The position numbers were made by a program, and so were the translations under genes. From assembly GCF_053078305.1 (NCBI RefSeq), contig NZ_CP166879.1: a DNA stretch of 64,000 nucleotides; one strand, written 5' to 3'. A model generated the notes under the pieces. The model worked only from the letters and a program-made list of their open reading frames with translations. It was not told the origin of the DNA and made no database searches. Below are positions 1-10,206 of this stretch, piece by piece; positions within the stretch are counted from its first letter, which is position 1; each line of letters opens with the position of its first letter.

Positions 1-206
1 ATAAACAACGCATTGTAATCGGCAGAGACTTGCGTCATATCACAGCTTTTCTGCAAACGTGTCAGCAACTCATCCTGCTCCAGTGGCCAGTTCGCAGCCA
101 GTTTCCCCTCACGAATCAGGGTAAACAGCGGCACCAGTAAAGGATCTTGTGGTTGGCGGTAATAGAGCGAACCCAGCACACGACAGAGGATAGAAAACTC
201 GTTCAT
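1..206 (-). CDS. ycdY: Chaperone YcdY, N-terminal part only (gene starts at 206 and runs off the left edge)
   Basis: Reverse-complement of 1-206 translates as MNEFSILCRVLGSLYYRQPQDPLLVPLF..., which I recall as the YcdY N-terminus; position downstream of ycdX matches K-12 synteny. Confidence 0.6.
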   Translation of the reverse strand, partial: MNEFSILCRVLGSLYYRQPQDPLLVPLFTLIREGKLAANWPLEQDELLTRLQKSCDMTQVSADYNALF

Positions 207-229
207 TAATATATTTCCATTACTAGTAA

Positions 230-967
230 TTAAAGGTCTGCAAATTCCGCAATCGGTGCCATACCGCGAGATTCAAGGAAGTTCAGTAAGCGGCGCGGAG
301 AAACATTCAAAATGCGCTCTGGCGGAAAATCTACCGCGTCGAGGATTTTAAGACACTCTTCAAATTCCCCCATGGTAAACGCGGTGTGAGAATCCGAGCC
401 TAATGCCACCCAACCTCCAGCATCACGTACCGCTGCGGCTACCGCACGACAGTTGTCTTCACTGCCCTTACGTGAGTGTAAAAATGAGGAATTATTGATT
501 TCCAGCGCCACCTGATGTTTCGCGGCTGCTTCAGCAACGGCTTTAACATCTATTTCATATTTCGGATTTCCGGGATGGCTTATTATATGCACATTGCCGC
601 TGGCGATAGTGGCGATCATCGCTTGTGTATTGGTCGCTTTATCATGTGGCGCAAAAACCGGCTCATGAAAACCGGCAATAATCAGATCCAGCGAATCAAA
701 CATTTTGCCGCTGCAATCAATTTCACCATCAACATTTTTAATGTTAGCTTCGATGCCGCGCAGGATCCCTACCCCATCAACCACTCGCGGCCAGATACGC
801 ATGTTAATGAAGTGCCAGTGATGCGGCGCATCTTCCATATCCGGGCCATGATCGGTGATCGCAAAAAGTTTAATGCCCTTTTGTTTGGCCTGGGCAATGT
901 AATCACTCAATGTGCTATATGCATGTGTGCTGGCAACGGTATGCATATGAAGGTCGACGGGATACAT
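230..967 (-). CDS. ycdX: PHP-family phosphoesterase YcdX (245 aa)
   Basis: 245-aa [21 protein letters not shown]... with PHP-domain His/Asp metal-binding motifs (HMHT, ITDHG); matches recalled K-12 YcdX and synteny. Confidence 0.85.
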
Positions 968-1021
968 AACTCTCTCCTGTATTCAATTCCCGCCAAGGAT
1001 AGCAGGAATCCTGATGCTTTA

Positions 1022-1999
<978 letters not shown>

Positions 2000-2130
2000 T
2001 TATCGTTATGATCTACAAAGGCCACCAGCATAACAAATCCGTGGTCGGTGGCAAAAAAAGCAGATTTCGCTTATTAAAACCACACATTGATTGAAGTTTG
2101 AATAAACGCGCGATTTTTTAAAAAAGTTTG

Positions 2131-2159
2131 TTGACCTCAGGTCATGATTTCCCTAAATT
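2131..2159 (+). promoter_or_regulatory. Candidate sigma70 promoter for serX: TTGACC -35, 17-nt spacer, TAAATT -10, AT-rich UP-like tract upstream, GC-rich discriminator
   Basis: Read directly: ttgacc at 2131-2136 and taaatt at 2154-2159, preceded by cgattttttaaaaaag, followed by agcgccc; about 35 nt upstream of the tRNA 5' end. Confidence 0.45.
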
Positions 2160-2193
2160 AGCGCCCGTTCCAGCAAGACAGGAACGACAATTT

Positions 2194-2281
2194 GGTGAGG
2201 TGTCCGAGTGGCTGAAGGAGCACGCCTGGAAAGTGTGTATACGGCAACGTATCGGGGGTTCGAATCCCCCCCTCACCGCCA
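2194..2281 (+). tRNA. serX: tRNA-Ser (anticodon GGA) with long variable arm and encoded CCA
   Basis: GGTGAGG...CCTCACC acceptor stem, anticodon loop CTGGAAA, GGTTCGAATCC T-arm, 88 nt; position between ghrA and ycdU matches serX. Confidence 0.9.
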
Positions 2282-2294
2282 TATTTAAAGAAGA

Positions 2295-2322
2295 GCTCGT
2301 ACGAAAGTACGGGCTTTTTTTT
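2295..2322 (+). terminator. Rho-independent terminator after serX
   Basis: gctcgtac-gaaa-gtacgggc hairpin followed by an 8-T run, read directly. Confidence 0.7.
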
Positions 2323-2463
2323 CGTATATTGCACACACCGGGTGCCCCCGCCCACGTCTGTTAGGGCGAGGGGAAATCGTGAACATCAACTGTCTGGTTG
2401 CTCAGTCAACAATCAAAATGCGCAAGAGAGTACAGAACATATATGCGTTATCTGGTCACTTCC

Positions 2464-3450
2464 TCACTTATTAAAATGCCCCCAACGGAAATACATGTCA
2501 CATGCCATCATAAAATCGTTATGCCAGAGGAATCGACAATAGAAAAAATAGTAAATTAAGCACGGTACATAGCAGAGTAAAAAATAGGCTTCAAACCAAA
2601 TCCGCCATTCCACAAGCGTTGCCAATACCGACACCAGCGTAATCCACATCACTTCAATAACCAGCAATATGAATAACCGAAGCCAAAGCGGCTTGGCAAA
2701 AAAGGTCGACAACGCATTTTCACTGGAGAAAAACAGATCGATTTCCTGCAAAAAAAGCCTGCCCAGAAAAGCGTACCGCCTGGAGAAGCGCAGAAAAAAC
2801 AGATTAATCGCCAACACTACGCCACAAAGAATGAGCAATGCAATTATCGATTTAAACGTTAACCACTGCCCCTCTATCACAAAAGAATCACTGTTACGCA
2901 ACGGGCTGATAGTAAGCAAGTTAACAACCGTTGAGATGCACACCGAAAGCAGCACATAGCGAGTCAGACTTTTATATTTTACTTTTTTCGCTACTGAAAT
3001 AGCGACCTGCTTGACATAACTGGTGCGGATCATCCGAAACAGCAGAAAGATGACCAACGGCCCAAGTAACGAAATCAGGAACAGCGCATATAACGAGGGT
3101 AGAAGCTGGTATAGCCCCCAACTCATTGCACTCAACATGATTAACGACAGAAATCCTGCCACCAGAGGTTGTGTAAGAAATAATTCTATTTTGTGGTTCT
3201 GCTTTTTCTTAAACCACGAAAAATCGATATTCTTCGTGACGCATTTATAAGCCCAGTACGCCTTGAGATCAAAAATAAAATTATACAGCACCAAGGCCAG
3301 AATCCCACTAACGACACCAATATCCTCTGATGGAAAAGTAAATCCTGCATTTTTCCAATAAAAGCCTATCAGAATAAGTCCAATAGCATAAATGTATATC
3401 AGACTTCGTTTATCCTGAAAGCGAATAAAAGTTAAATAATCAGGAATCAT
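2464..3450 (-). CDS. ycdU: Polytopic inner-membrane protein YcdU (328 aa)
   Basis: 328-aa highly hydrophobic ORF matching recalled YcdU; its ATG overlaps the stop of the upstream FabD-like gene (ATGA at 3447-3450). Confidence 0.8.
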   Translation of the reverse strand: MIPDYLTFIRFQDKRSLIYIYAIGLILIGFYWKNAGFTFPSEDIGVVSGILALVLYNFIFDLKAYWAYKCVTKNIDFSWFKKKQNHKIELFLTQPLVAGFLSLIMLSAMSWGLYQLLPSLYALFLISLLGPLVIFLLFRMIRTSYVKQVAISVAKKVKYKSLTRYVLLSVCISTVVNLLTISPLRNSDSFVIEGQWLTFKSIIALLILCGVVLAINLFFLRFSRRYAFLGRLFLQEIDLFFSSENALSTFFAKPLWLRLFILLVIEVMWITLVSVLATLVEWRIWFEAYFLLCYVPCLIYYFFYCRFLWHNDFMMACDMYFRWGHFNK

Positions 3451-4391
3451 TTGAATACCTTCGCATCACTAAATGCTTTACGACAATGCATAACTCGTTG
3501 CTGATCCACGCCAGCGAAATCATTTAACATATTCCCCAAATAGGGCTTATTACTTATTTCAAGGAAAGCTACCGAGGTTGGCATATTCAGAAATGTATCG
3601 AGAGATTCAGTCCATTTCACCGTATGAGTTAAGTGTAATGAGAGATTTTCTTTGATAATTGACGGAGCGACCTCGCTTTTTGCTGTTACGTTCATCAGAA
3701 CCTGATGCTCTGGCGAAGCGATATCCAGTCCGGCAAGATAATCGCGCATTGCCTGAACGCCGTCTTCCATCAAACGCGTGTGCCAGGCACCGCTCACACC
3801 GAGTTTAACCGGTTCGTATCCAGCGGCCATCAGCAGCGTGGCAAATTCATTCAACGCAGCCTGCGTTCCCCCAATAACCTGCTGGCGCGGCGTGTTATCA
3901 CAGCTAATATCCAGCGCAATGCCTGATTCCGTAATCATCGTCTGCAGTTGTTCGCGGTTGATGCCTTTAACCGCCAGCATTGCGCCTTTATTTCTCTGGC
4001 TTTCGTCATGCATCAGGCTGGCTCTGAAGTGAATCATGCCAAATAGCGTCTCAAGAGAAATAGCTCCGGCAGCGTAGAGCGCACTGTATTCACCAACGCT
4101 GTGTCCGCAGGACCCCACAACCGTTAAATTCTCAAGACGTTCACGGCACAGGGTATAGAGCGTTACATTAATTGCGGTCACCGCCAGTTGTTGTACCGTC
4201 GTTTGAATAAGGCGATTCATCGGCCCTTTCTGACACAGGCGACGCAGGTTCAGTCCGGAAATATCGCTGGCACAATCCCAGATATGTTTTGTACTGGCGT
4301 TGAGATCCCAAAGATCGCTGCCCATGCCAATAACCGGATTACCCTGACCGGCAAAAAGCAGTACTGTCGGTTGTGAAGCATTATTCATCAT
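3447..4391 (-). CDS. FabD-like malonyl-CoA:ACP transacylase (314 aa), intact counterpart of the K-12 ymdE fragment
   Basis: Acyltransferase GHSxG nucleophile motif (GHSVGE) and N-terminal FAGQG motif typical of FabD. Confidence 0.75.
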   Translation of the reverse strand: MMNNASQPTVLLFAGQGNPVIGMGSDLWDLNASTKHIWDCASDISGLNLRRLCQKGPMNRLIQTTVQQLAVTAINVTLYTLCRERLENLTVVGSCGHSVGEYSALYAAGAISLETLFGMIHFRASLMHDESQRNKGAMLAVKGINREQLQTMITESGIALDISCDNTPRQQVIGGTQAALNEFATLLMAAGYEPVKLGVSGAWHTRLMEDGVQAMRDYLAGLDIASPEHQVLMNVTAKSEVAPSIIKENLSLHLTHTVKWTESLDTFLNMPTSVAFLEISNKPYLGNMLNDFAGVDQQRVMHCRKAFSDAKVFK

Positions 4392-4401
4392 CTCTTTATC
4401 C

Positions 4402-5790
4402 TTATAGATAGTATTTAAAGCCCAAATAAAGGCCTAACGTGTCGCCAAAAAGCGAAAATTCAGAATACCGACTTCCCAGCGCGCTATAGCCACCGGCATA
4501 GGCTTCAAGCTGGTTACTGATAGCGCTGAGCGGCGTGGAATAATGCAGGCCCAGCAACGTGCTGCCATCAATGAGATTGACCACCAGCGAAGGCTGCAGC
4601 GTCGACTCTCCCGCCAGCGGCAGACTGGCCCAGGCGTTCAGATAGTGCTTACCCTGCAGCATCCCCTGATTGGCGGTATTGCTGATTTCTGAAGCCATCA
4701 GGTATTTGTAAGAATCAAATGCCTGATCCAGTGGCGCATAGCCGGTTGTGGTATTGAGGAAGTCAATTAACTCGCGCTGCTGACGCTGTTCAGCGCGCGA
4801 ATAACCCTCGCTCTGAAAGTAATACTCAACGCCAAACACGCTGAAATTATCACTGGTGTACTGCCCACCCAGCGCCAGCTCCACGCCGCTTTCATCTTTC
4901 GTTTCATAGAGCGAATCCGGAAACTGATATTCCTCGACCTGCGCCGTCTCATGGTGGGAAAGATGCCGCCATTGTTGGGAGCGGTGGTAGGCTGCGTCGA
5001 CATTCAGCGTCAGCTGCGGGGTGTAGTGATAACTGTCAGACAGCGCGAGTGACGGCGATGGTCCGAGCCGCACATTGACTGTCGGTGTGTGCTCACCAAA
5101 GCGATGATCGCTGTAGCTCAGCAGATAGGCTTCGTCGCTGTTTCCCTGCTGATTAGCAGACCAGTTGCCAGACGTCACATAGCGTTTGTCGATGGTGGCT
5201 AACTTCGGTATGACGCTCGCCGAAAACGCATAATCGCGTGTATCCAAGTTCATTTTTGCGCCCCACGATGACGCCTGATACGCCGATGTCATTTTGGGAT
5301 CGTGCAAACGTGTCGACTGGAATCCGGTGTAATAATGCGTTTGCAAATCAGAAGGTGAACGCAAAAAGAACATTCCTGACGGCGCGGCAAATTTGCCTGC
5401 TTCAAATTGAACGCTGTCCGAGGCGCTATAGACCAGACTGAGGCGGTTAATTAACGCACGTGTGCGGCTATCATCCGTTTCGAATTTCCCTGCGGGTTTA
5501 AGCGCATATTCGTTTATTCCATACAGATTGAGCTTAAGTTCCAGCGTATTGTCGATTATCGAACAACCGCTGTTGATGCCAATCCCCGCCTCCTGATAAC
5601 CGTTGTGACGTGTGTAGGGATTTTTGCCTGCAATCTGCCAGGCCGAAGCCTGTTTATTGACATAAGACACTTGCTCGTAAAGCGTCACATCGCTGTTTTG
5701 TGCCACCTCGTCACCTGACAGGCAATCCGCCTGTAGCGTCAACGGCAGCGCAACACACAGCAACGAAGAGATCTTCAGCCTGCGTTTCAT
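4402..5790 (-). CDS. Secreted protein, putative outer-membrane beta-barrel (462 aa)
   Basis: N-terminal signal peptide (MKRRLKISSLLCVALPLTLQA), Tyr/Gly/Ser-rich with alternating hydrophobic pattern, aromatic-rich C-terminus; stop overlaps next gene start. Confidence 0.4.
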   Translation of the reverse strand: MKRRLKISSLLCVALPLTLQADCLSGDEVAQNSDVTLYEQVSYVNKQASAWQIAGKNPYTRHNGYQEAGIGINSGCSIIDNTLELKLNLYGINEYALKPAGKFETDDSRTRALINRLSLVYSASDSVQFEAGKFAAPSGMFFLRSPSDLQTHYYTGFQSTRLHDPKMTSAYQASSWGAKMNLDTRDYAFSASVIPKLATIDKRYVTSGNWSANQQGNSDEAYLLSYSDHRFGEHTPTVNVRLGPSPSLALSDSYHYTPQLTLNVDAAYHRSQQWRHLSHHETAQVEEYQFPDSLYETKDESGVELALGGQYTSDNFSVFGVEYYFQSEGYSRAEQRQQRELIDFLNTTTGYAPLDQAFDSYKYLMASEISNTANQGMLQGKHYLNAWASLPLAGESTLQPSLVVNLIDGSTLLGLHYSTPLSAISNQLEAYAGGYSALGSRYSEFSLFGDTLGLYLGFKYYL

Positions 5791-6575
5791 TTCGCACCTC
5801 GCTGAATATACTCTTTGGTGAAATGAAACTCCGGCAGCGATTCCAGACGAACATCGCTGTACTCCATCACTGAATAGTTATTGCCGTGACGAACATCGGT
5901 AACGGTTATTTTCATGGGTCGCGTTTTCCCCAGCACCGGCTGGAAATCCTGATACAACACTTCTTTTATTAACTGGTCATCCTGCGAGTAATAGGCTGCC
6001 TTCCACGGGCGATTATCACCGTCTTTTTCAACGTAATAGATGACCTTCGGCCAGGTGATATCCGCCGATTTACGCACCAGCGCCAGCTTGTAACACTGCT
6101 TTTCAGCACACGTGACTTCCCCCACCAGGGTCGAGTCATAGGCATATTCAAAGTTAGTGACAATGACATCGCCGTTAGAGATTTGCCCAATTAATCTTTG
6201 TTGCCGTGAAATAGGCATAGGACGTCGCAGTTCCGGCGTGTAAAACCATAAATCGTACCAGTCGGAAAGCATGATTTTTCCTTTATCTCGCGGCGGATAA
6301 ATAAAACGCACCAGCGAGCGTGCATCCGCTTTTTCATTACCCTGCGGTTTCATAAAGCGCATGGAAATATCGAGGACCTGTTTATTCTCTGGCTGGGTTA
6401 CGCCCGCTTTATATTCCGTTACCGTCAGCGTGTAACGAAACGGTTTATTCGGCGAACGAATTTCGTCAGCGCGACGAATTATCTCCAGCGCCTTATTATC
6501 TGTGCTCGCCGCCTGAACGCACGACGTAGCGAGCCACAGGCAAGCAAACCACTTGCCGTAAAAAGCCATATTCAT
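5787..6575 (-). CDS. Periplasmic LolA-like lipid/lipoprotein carrier family protein (262 aa)
   Basis: Signal peptide followed by a soluble domain; placement between FtsX permease and OMP as in Lol-like modules; family assignment by composition and context only. Confidence 0.4.
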   Translation of the reverse strand: MNMAFYGKWFACLWLATSCVQAASTDNKALEIIRRADEIRSPNKPFRYTLTVTEYKAGVTQPENKQVLDISMRFMKPQGNEKADARSLVRFIYPPRDKGKIMLSDWYDLWFYTPELRRPMPISRQQRLIGQISNGDVIVTNFEYAYDSTLVGEVTCAEKQCYKLALVRKSADITWPKVIYYVEKDGDNRPWKAAYYSQDDQLIKEVLYQDFQPVLGKTRPMKITVTDVRHGNNYSVMEYSDVRLESLPEFHFTKEYIQRGAK

Positions 6576-6583
6576 AATTAGCC

Positions 6584-7894
6584 CTATGAGAATTTAAATG
6601 CGTCAGAAATATTCAACCGGGAAGCACGTAAAGCCGGTAACACAGAGGCGCCTGTTGCTGTCAAAATGGGTAATACCACCGTCACCCAAATCAATTCCGG
6701 GTTACTGGTTTTTATAAAGGCGGTATAGCCGATGGTTTGTCCCGGCGATGGCGGCATCGCAATACCATAAAGATTAATAATCCAGGCTAACACGCCCCCC
6801 ACCAGCAGGCTGCCGACTGCGCCAATCACACCAATAAAAATGCCTTCTGTCAGAAACAAGCGCGTGACGTGAAGCGGCTTCAGGCCTATGGCACGCAGAG
6901 TGGTAATTTCACGGGTGCGCTCAACAATGTTCATTGCCATCGAGTTGCCGATCATGAAGATGACAATCAGCGCAACAATCAGCTTGATGAAGAAATAGAT
7001 CCCCGATAGCAACCCTTCAACCTGTTGATAAAAGAGTGAAACATCACGCCAGTCTTTGACCACCAGCGGCAAATGATTGCGTTCGATAAATTGACGCAGC
7101 TTTGCGCTAAACGCCGCGGTGTCATCTTCTTTAAGCAGAATAAGCACTTTGCTGACGCCATCCGTACCCATCATGCGCTGCGCGGTGTCCAGCGGGATCT
7201 TCATCGCGACATCGTCATAATCTTTAATGCCTGACTCAAAAATGCCACGCAGTTTTAGCGACAATGCGCCCTGCCCGCCCGCCGTGTTGACCACCATCAC
7301 ATCCAGCCAGTCGTCGTATTTCGCATTCAACGTTTTCGCCAGGCCGCTGCCCAGGGTGATTTCATCACCTTTTACCCGGGAAAGGTCGCTCCCCGCGATA
7401 ATCTTATCGAACGATCCCAGCTTTAAAGCGGGCAATGGCTCGACACCCAGCGCAGAGAAATAGCTGGAGGTTTCGCTCTCGTAATGTGAAATTACGCCAG
7501 TAAACTCCAGTTGCCCGGAGAGCGTGGAAATATCCGTCGCCAGCGTCGGGTCCGACAAAATAGCTTTCTTTAACGCCGCATAATCGGCAATCAGGCTCTT
7601 ATTTTTATTCGACGTTTCAAAATAGTGCTGATTGTAAATCTGCACATGACCAATATTGGTACGAATCGTCTGCTCTTTCAGGATCCAGAAAGAGTAATCA
7701 ATAAATCCGCCATATAAAAAGATCGCCACACCACCCAATACAATAGCGGTTATGGTAGAAAAAGAGCGACGCTTGTGGCGAAAGAGATTCAAAAATGCAA
7801 ATTTGACATCTCGTGAATAAAACAGAACCTGATAAAACACAAAAAACAGGATCAGCAGCAGAACGCTATTAACAGCTAAAATTTCCCCGGACAT
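6584..7894 (-). CDS. ABC transporter permease, FtsX/MacB/LolC-like (436 aa)
   Basis: N-terminal TM helix, large periplasmic domain, C-terminal 3-TM FtsX-like domain (…IVERTREITTLRAIGLKP…). Confidence 0.7.
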   Translation of the reverse strand: MSGEILAVNSVLLLILFFVFYQVLFYSRDVKFAFLNLFRHKRRSFSTITAIVLGGVAIFLYGGFIDYSFWILKEQTIRTNIGHVQIYNQHYFETSNKNKSLIADYAALKKAILSDPTLATDISTLSGQLEFTGVISHYESETSSYFSALGVEPLPALKLGSFDKIIAGSDLSRVKGDEITLGSGLAKTLNAKYDDWLDVMVVNTAGGQGALSLKLRGIFESGIKDYDDVAMKIPLDTAQRMMGTDGVSKVLILLKEDDTAAFSAKLRQFIERNHLPLVVKDWRDVSLFYQQVEGLLSGIYFFIKLIVALIVIFMIGNSMAMNIVERTREITTLRAIGLKPLHVTRLFLTEGIFIGVIGAVGSLLVGGVLAWIINLYGIAMPPSPGQTIGYTAFIKTSNPELIWVTVVLPILTATGASVLPALRASRLNISDAFKFS

Positions 7895-8551
7895 TTACTC
7901 ACCTTTCATCAGCGGCAGCAGTACCTGGGTTAACTCTTCACTATCCCATTCTGGTACAACATTAAAATCCTGCGTCAGCGACTGCGCAAGCGCGGCGTTT
8001 TGCCCTTTAATTTGCGCCAACAACGCATTCGCGTGGGTGGTGTCCTTGCAGTGACGTAATGCGCGATAACGCATCGCCAGAATATGGTCGCGGATCGTTG
8101 TCGCCCATATCGCCGGGTCAGCCAGCATGTGTTCGGTGTCTTTGACTGTCACCACGCAACGCCCTGAATCTGCCGGTAAATAGGCATCTACGCGGGCGCG
8201 TAAATAGCGTACGCGTTGATTTTTCTCCTGCAAATCCACCGCTTCATCCAGCCAGAAAAAGCCGCTTTTGGCGTATTCTGAGGCATGGATAAAATCGTTT
8301 GTTGCCGCATAACCGTCCGCCTGACGCAGTAAGCCATAGGCGTAAAAAACCAGCGCCACCACATTGTGCCTGGCTTCATACTCTTTCTTTAACGCTTCGG
8401 TCAGCGTCGCCAGCGCGGCAGGCTGCGCCGGAAGCCCTTGTTGCAGAACCTGGTTAACGGCGTCGGGAGTTGCCGCGTAAATCTTCGGGGCCAAAAACGC
8501 CGCGTACAAAAAGACGCCGATAAGCAAAAATCCTTTATGCATCTGAGTCAT
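7895..8551 (-). CDS. Signal-peptide-bearing periplasmic protein of unknown function (218 aa)
   Basis: ORF with cleavable N-terminal signal peptide, Ala/Leu-rich helical composition; sits between the ABC ATPase and permease genes. Confidence 0.4.
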   Translation of the reverse strand: MTQMHKGFLLIGVFLYAAFLAPKIYAATPDAVNQVLQQGLPAQPAALATLTEALKKEYEARHNVVALVFYAYGLLRQADGYAATNDFIHASEYAKSGFFWLDEAVDLQEKNQRVRYLRARVDAYLPADSGRCVVTVKDTEHMLADPAIWATTIRDHILAMRYRALRHCKDTTHANALLAQIKGQNAALAQSLTQDFNVVPEWDSEELTQVLLPLMKGE

Positions 8552-9242
8552 GAATCAATACTCCATCCTGAATTTCAACCACTCGCCGCGCCCGCGCTTT
8601 TAATTCGCTGGAGTGCGTGGAAATAACAAATGTGGTGCCTGTCTGCTGATTAATCGTCAACAGCAGGTCCAAAATAGCCTCGCCGGTTGCCAGGTCTAAA
8701 TTTCCCGTCGGTTCATCGGCAATGACCACCATCGGTTCGTGGGCCAGTGCCCGGGCGATGGCGACACGCTGTTGTTGACCGCCCGATAATTGCCCAGGTT
8801 TGCGATCGCCAAAACCGCTTAATCCAACACTATCGAGATAATGCAGCGTCCGTTCAGTGGCTTCTTTTTTACTGAACTGACCATTAAGCACCAGTGGGAA
8901 ATAAACGTTATCGAAAACATTTAATACCGGCATAAGGTTAAAAAACTGAAAAATAAAACCCAAATGTTTTCCACGAATCACAGCCAACTGCTCTTCTGGC
9001 AGTTGGTTCAGTAATTTATTTAAAAATATCACCGTTCCGCTGGTCGGTTTATCAATACCCGAGAGAATATTCAACAGAGTACTTTTACCACTGCCTGACG
9101 GCCCACACAGTGCGAGAAATTCGCCTTTATTGATATCAAGATTAATGCTTTTAAGCGCATCAACCTTTCCTGCCCCAGCGCCATAACACTTATAAATATT
9201 GCTAAGCGAAATAGCGGGCAACGATTTAATAGTAGATTGCAT
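8535..9242 (-). CDS. ABC transporter ATP-binding protein (about 235 aa; start set at MQSTIKSL, ORF track extends to 9329)
   Basis: Walker A GPSGSGKST, ABC signature LSGGQQQRVAIARAL, Walker B VVIADEPT. Confidence 0.8.
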   Translation of the reverse strand: MQSTIKSLPAISLSNIYKCYGAGAGKVDALKSINLDINKGEFLALCGPSGSGKSTLLNILSGIDKPTSGTVIFLNKLLNQLPEEQLAVIRGKHLGFIFQFFNLMPVLNVFDNVYFPLVLNGQFSKKEATERTLHYLDSVGLSGFGDRKPGQLSGGQQQRVAIARALAHEPMVVIADEPTGNLDLATGEAILDLLLTINQQTGTTFVISTHSSELKARARRVVEIQDGVLIHDSDA

Positions 9243-9252
9243 ACGACTGTCG

Positions 9253-10206
9253 TTATCCTTCAAGGTATTCAAGGTCAAAGTAGTGATAACCAAACTGTTT
9301 ATCAGCAATGACCGTACGCATTTTTCCACCGGGCTGAATATGACGGGTTAAATAATCCATACTCAACGCGGGCGTCAGACAACCGCTTTCACCGTAATGG
9401 GCCACCAGGTCGATAACGCCAGCAGCAGGCCGGGACGGCATTTGTTGCCGTTCGCTGAAGGCCATGACATCAATATCCGTAGCATGCTGTGGCGCAGTGC
9501 CGGAATGATATTCCCCGCATTGCAGCCTGATGGCGCTCTCACGCTGGCTGAGAATAAAACAACCCACGCGTTCAACAGATAAATTCACCTCATCAGCGCG
9601 ACGGGGGAATAAACGCTTAGGCGGTTTACCCACATCCTCTTCAGAGAATACCAGTACCGGAATTGCCCGATAGGCAGCGCAAATCACCACGTTATCGAAT
9701 ACATCCCAGGCGAGATAATCCTGCGCCATACGCAGCGCCTGAACGAATGCCTGTTTTTCGCCGCGAATCTTGCAAGTCGGTTCCGTTATCGAAAACTTCT
9801 TAAGTAAATTCTTGGGAAGCGTATCAATAGTGGCGATATGCAGCGCACTGGAAATTTTTTCAAACGAACCGGATTCGCCCCAGGAATCGGCATAAATAAA
9901 TGCCGTGCGCGATTTCATTAACTTCATGCGCTCTTTAGTCGGCATTTGTTGTAATGCAGAATCGGTTACCTGCTCCATCGCCTCAAGGTAAGGCATATAT
10001 TGTGGATTACGGATCCGTTCCGGCGCATAAATATCGTTCTCAACGCCAAAGCGCTTCAGCCCCCAGCCATTAGCACGGGTGCCGTATAATCCCCTTTCGT
10101 ACATATGTGCTTCCCAGGCGTTGAGCCAGGTCGGCTGATAAAAATAAAAAATGTCGTCCGGTTCCGTAAGCGCCCAGGAAGACAGGTAGATACTCTTTTC
10201 CGTCAT
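9253..10206 (-). CDS. Hypothetical protein (317 aa) within the lipid biosynthesis cluster
   Basis: ORF tightly packed between the KS-like gene and the ABC ATPase gene; no motif I can assign confidently. Confidence 0.4.
   Translation of the reverse strand: MTEKSIYLSSWALTEPDDIFYFYQPTWLNAWEAHMYERGLYGTRANGWGLKRFGVENDIYAPERIRNPQYMPYLEAMEQVTDSALQQMPTKERMKLMKSRTAFIYADSWGESGSFEKISSALHIATIDTLPKNLLKKFSITEPTCKIRGEKQAFVQALRMAQDYLAWDVFDNVVICAAYRAIPVLVFSEEDVGKPPKRLFPRRADEVNLSVERVGCFILSQRESAIRLQCGEYHSGTAPQHATDIDVMAFSERQQMPSRPAAGVIDLVAHYGESGCLTPALSMDYLTRHIQPGGKMRTVIADKQFGYHYFDLEYLEG

Noticed and set aside
2128-2364. ORFs overlapping serX (2128..2364 plus, 2142..2336 and 2158..2355 minus)
   Set aside because: They overlap a canonical tRNA-Ser gene and its terminator; spurious.
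2282-2463. Possible genomic island integrated at the 3' end of serX
   Set aside because: Only about 180 bp separates the tRNA 3' end from the ycdU stop, with no integrase or direct repeat of the tRNA 3' end; the accessory island begins on the far side of ycdU.
3447-4391. Treating the FabD-like gene as the ymdE pseudogene
   Set aside because: Here it is a full-length 314-codon frame with intact GHSxG and FAGQG motifs, so it is called a CDS, not a pseudogene.
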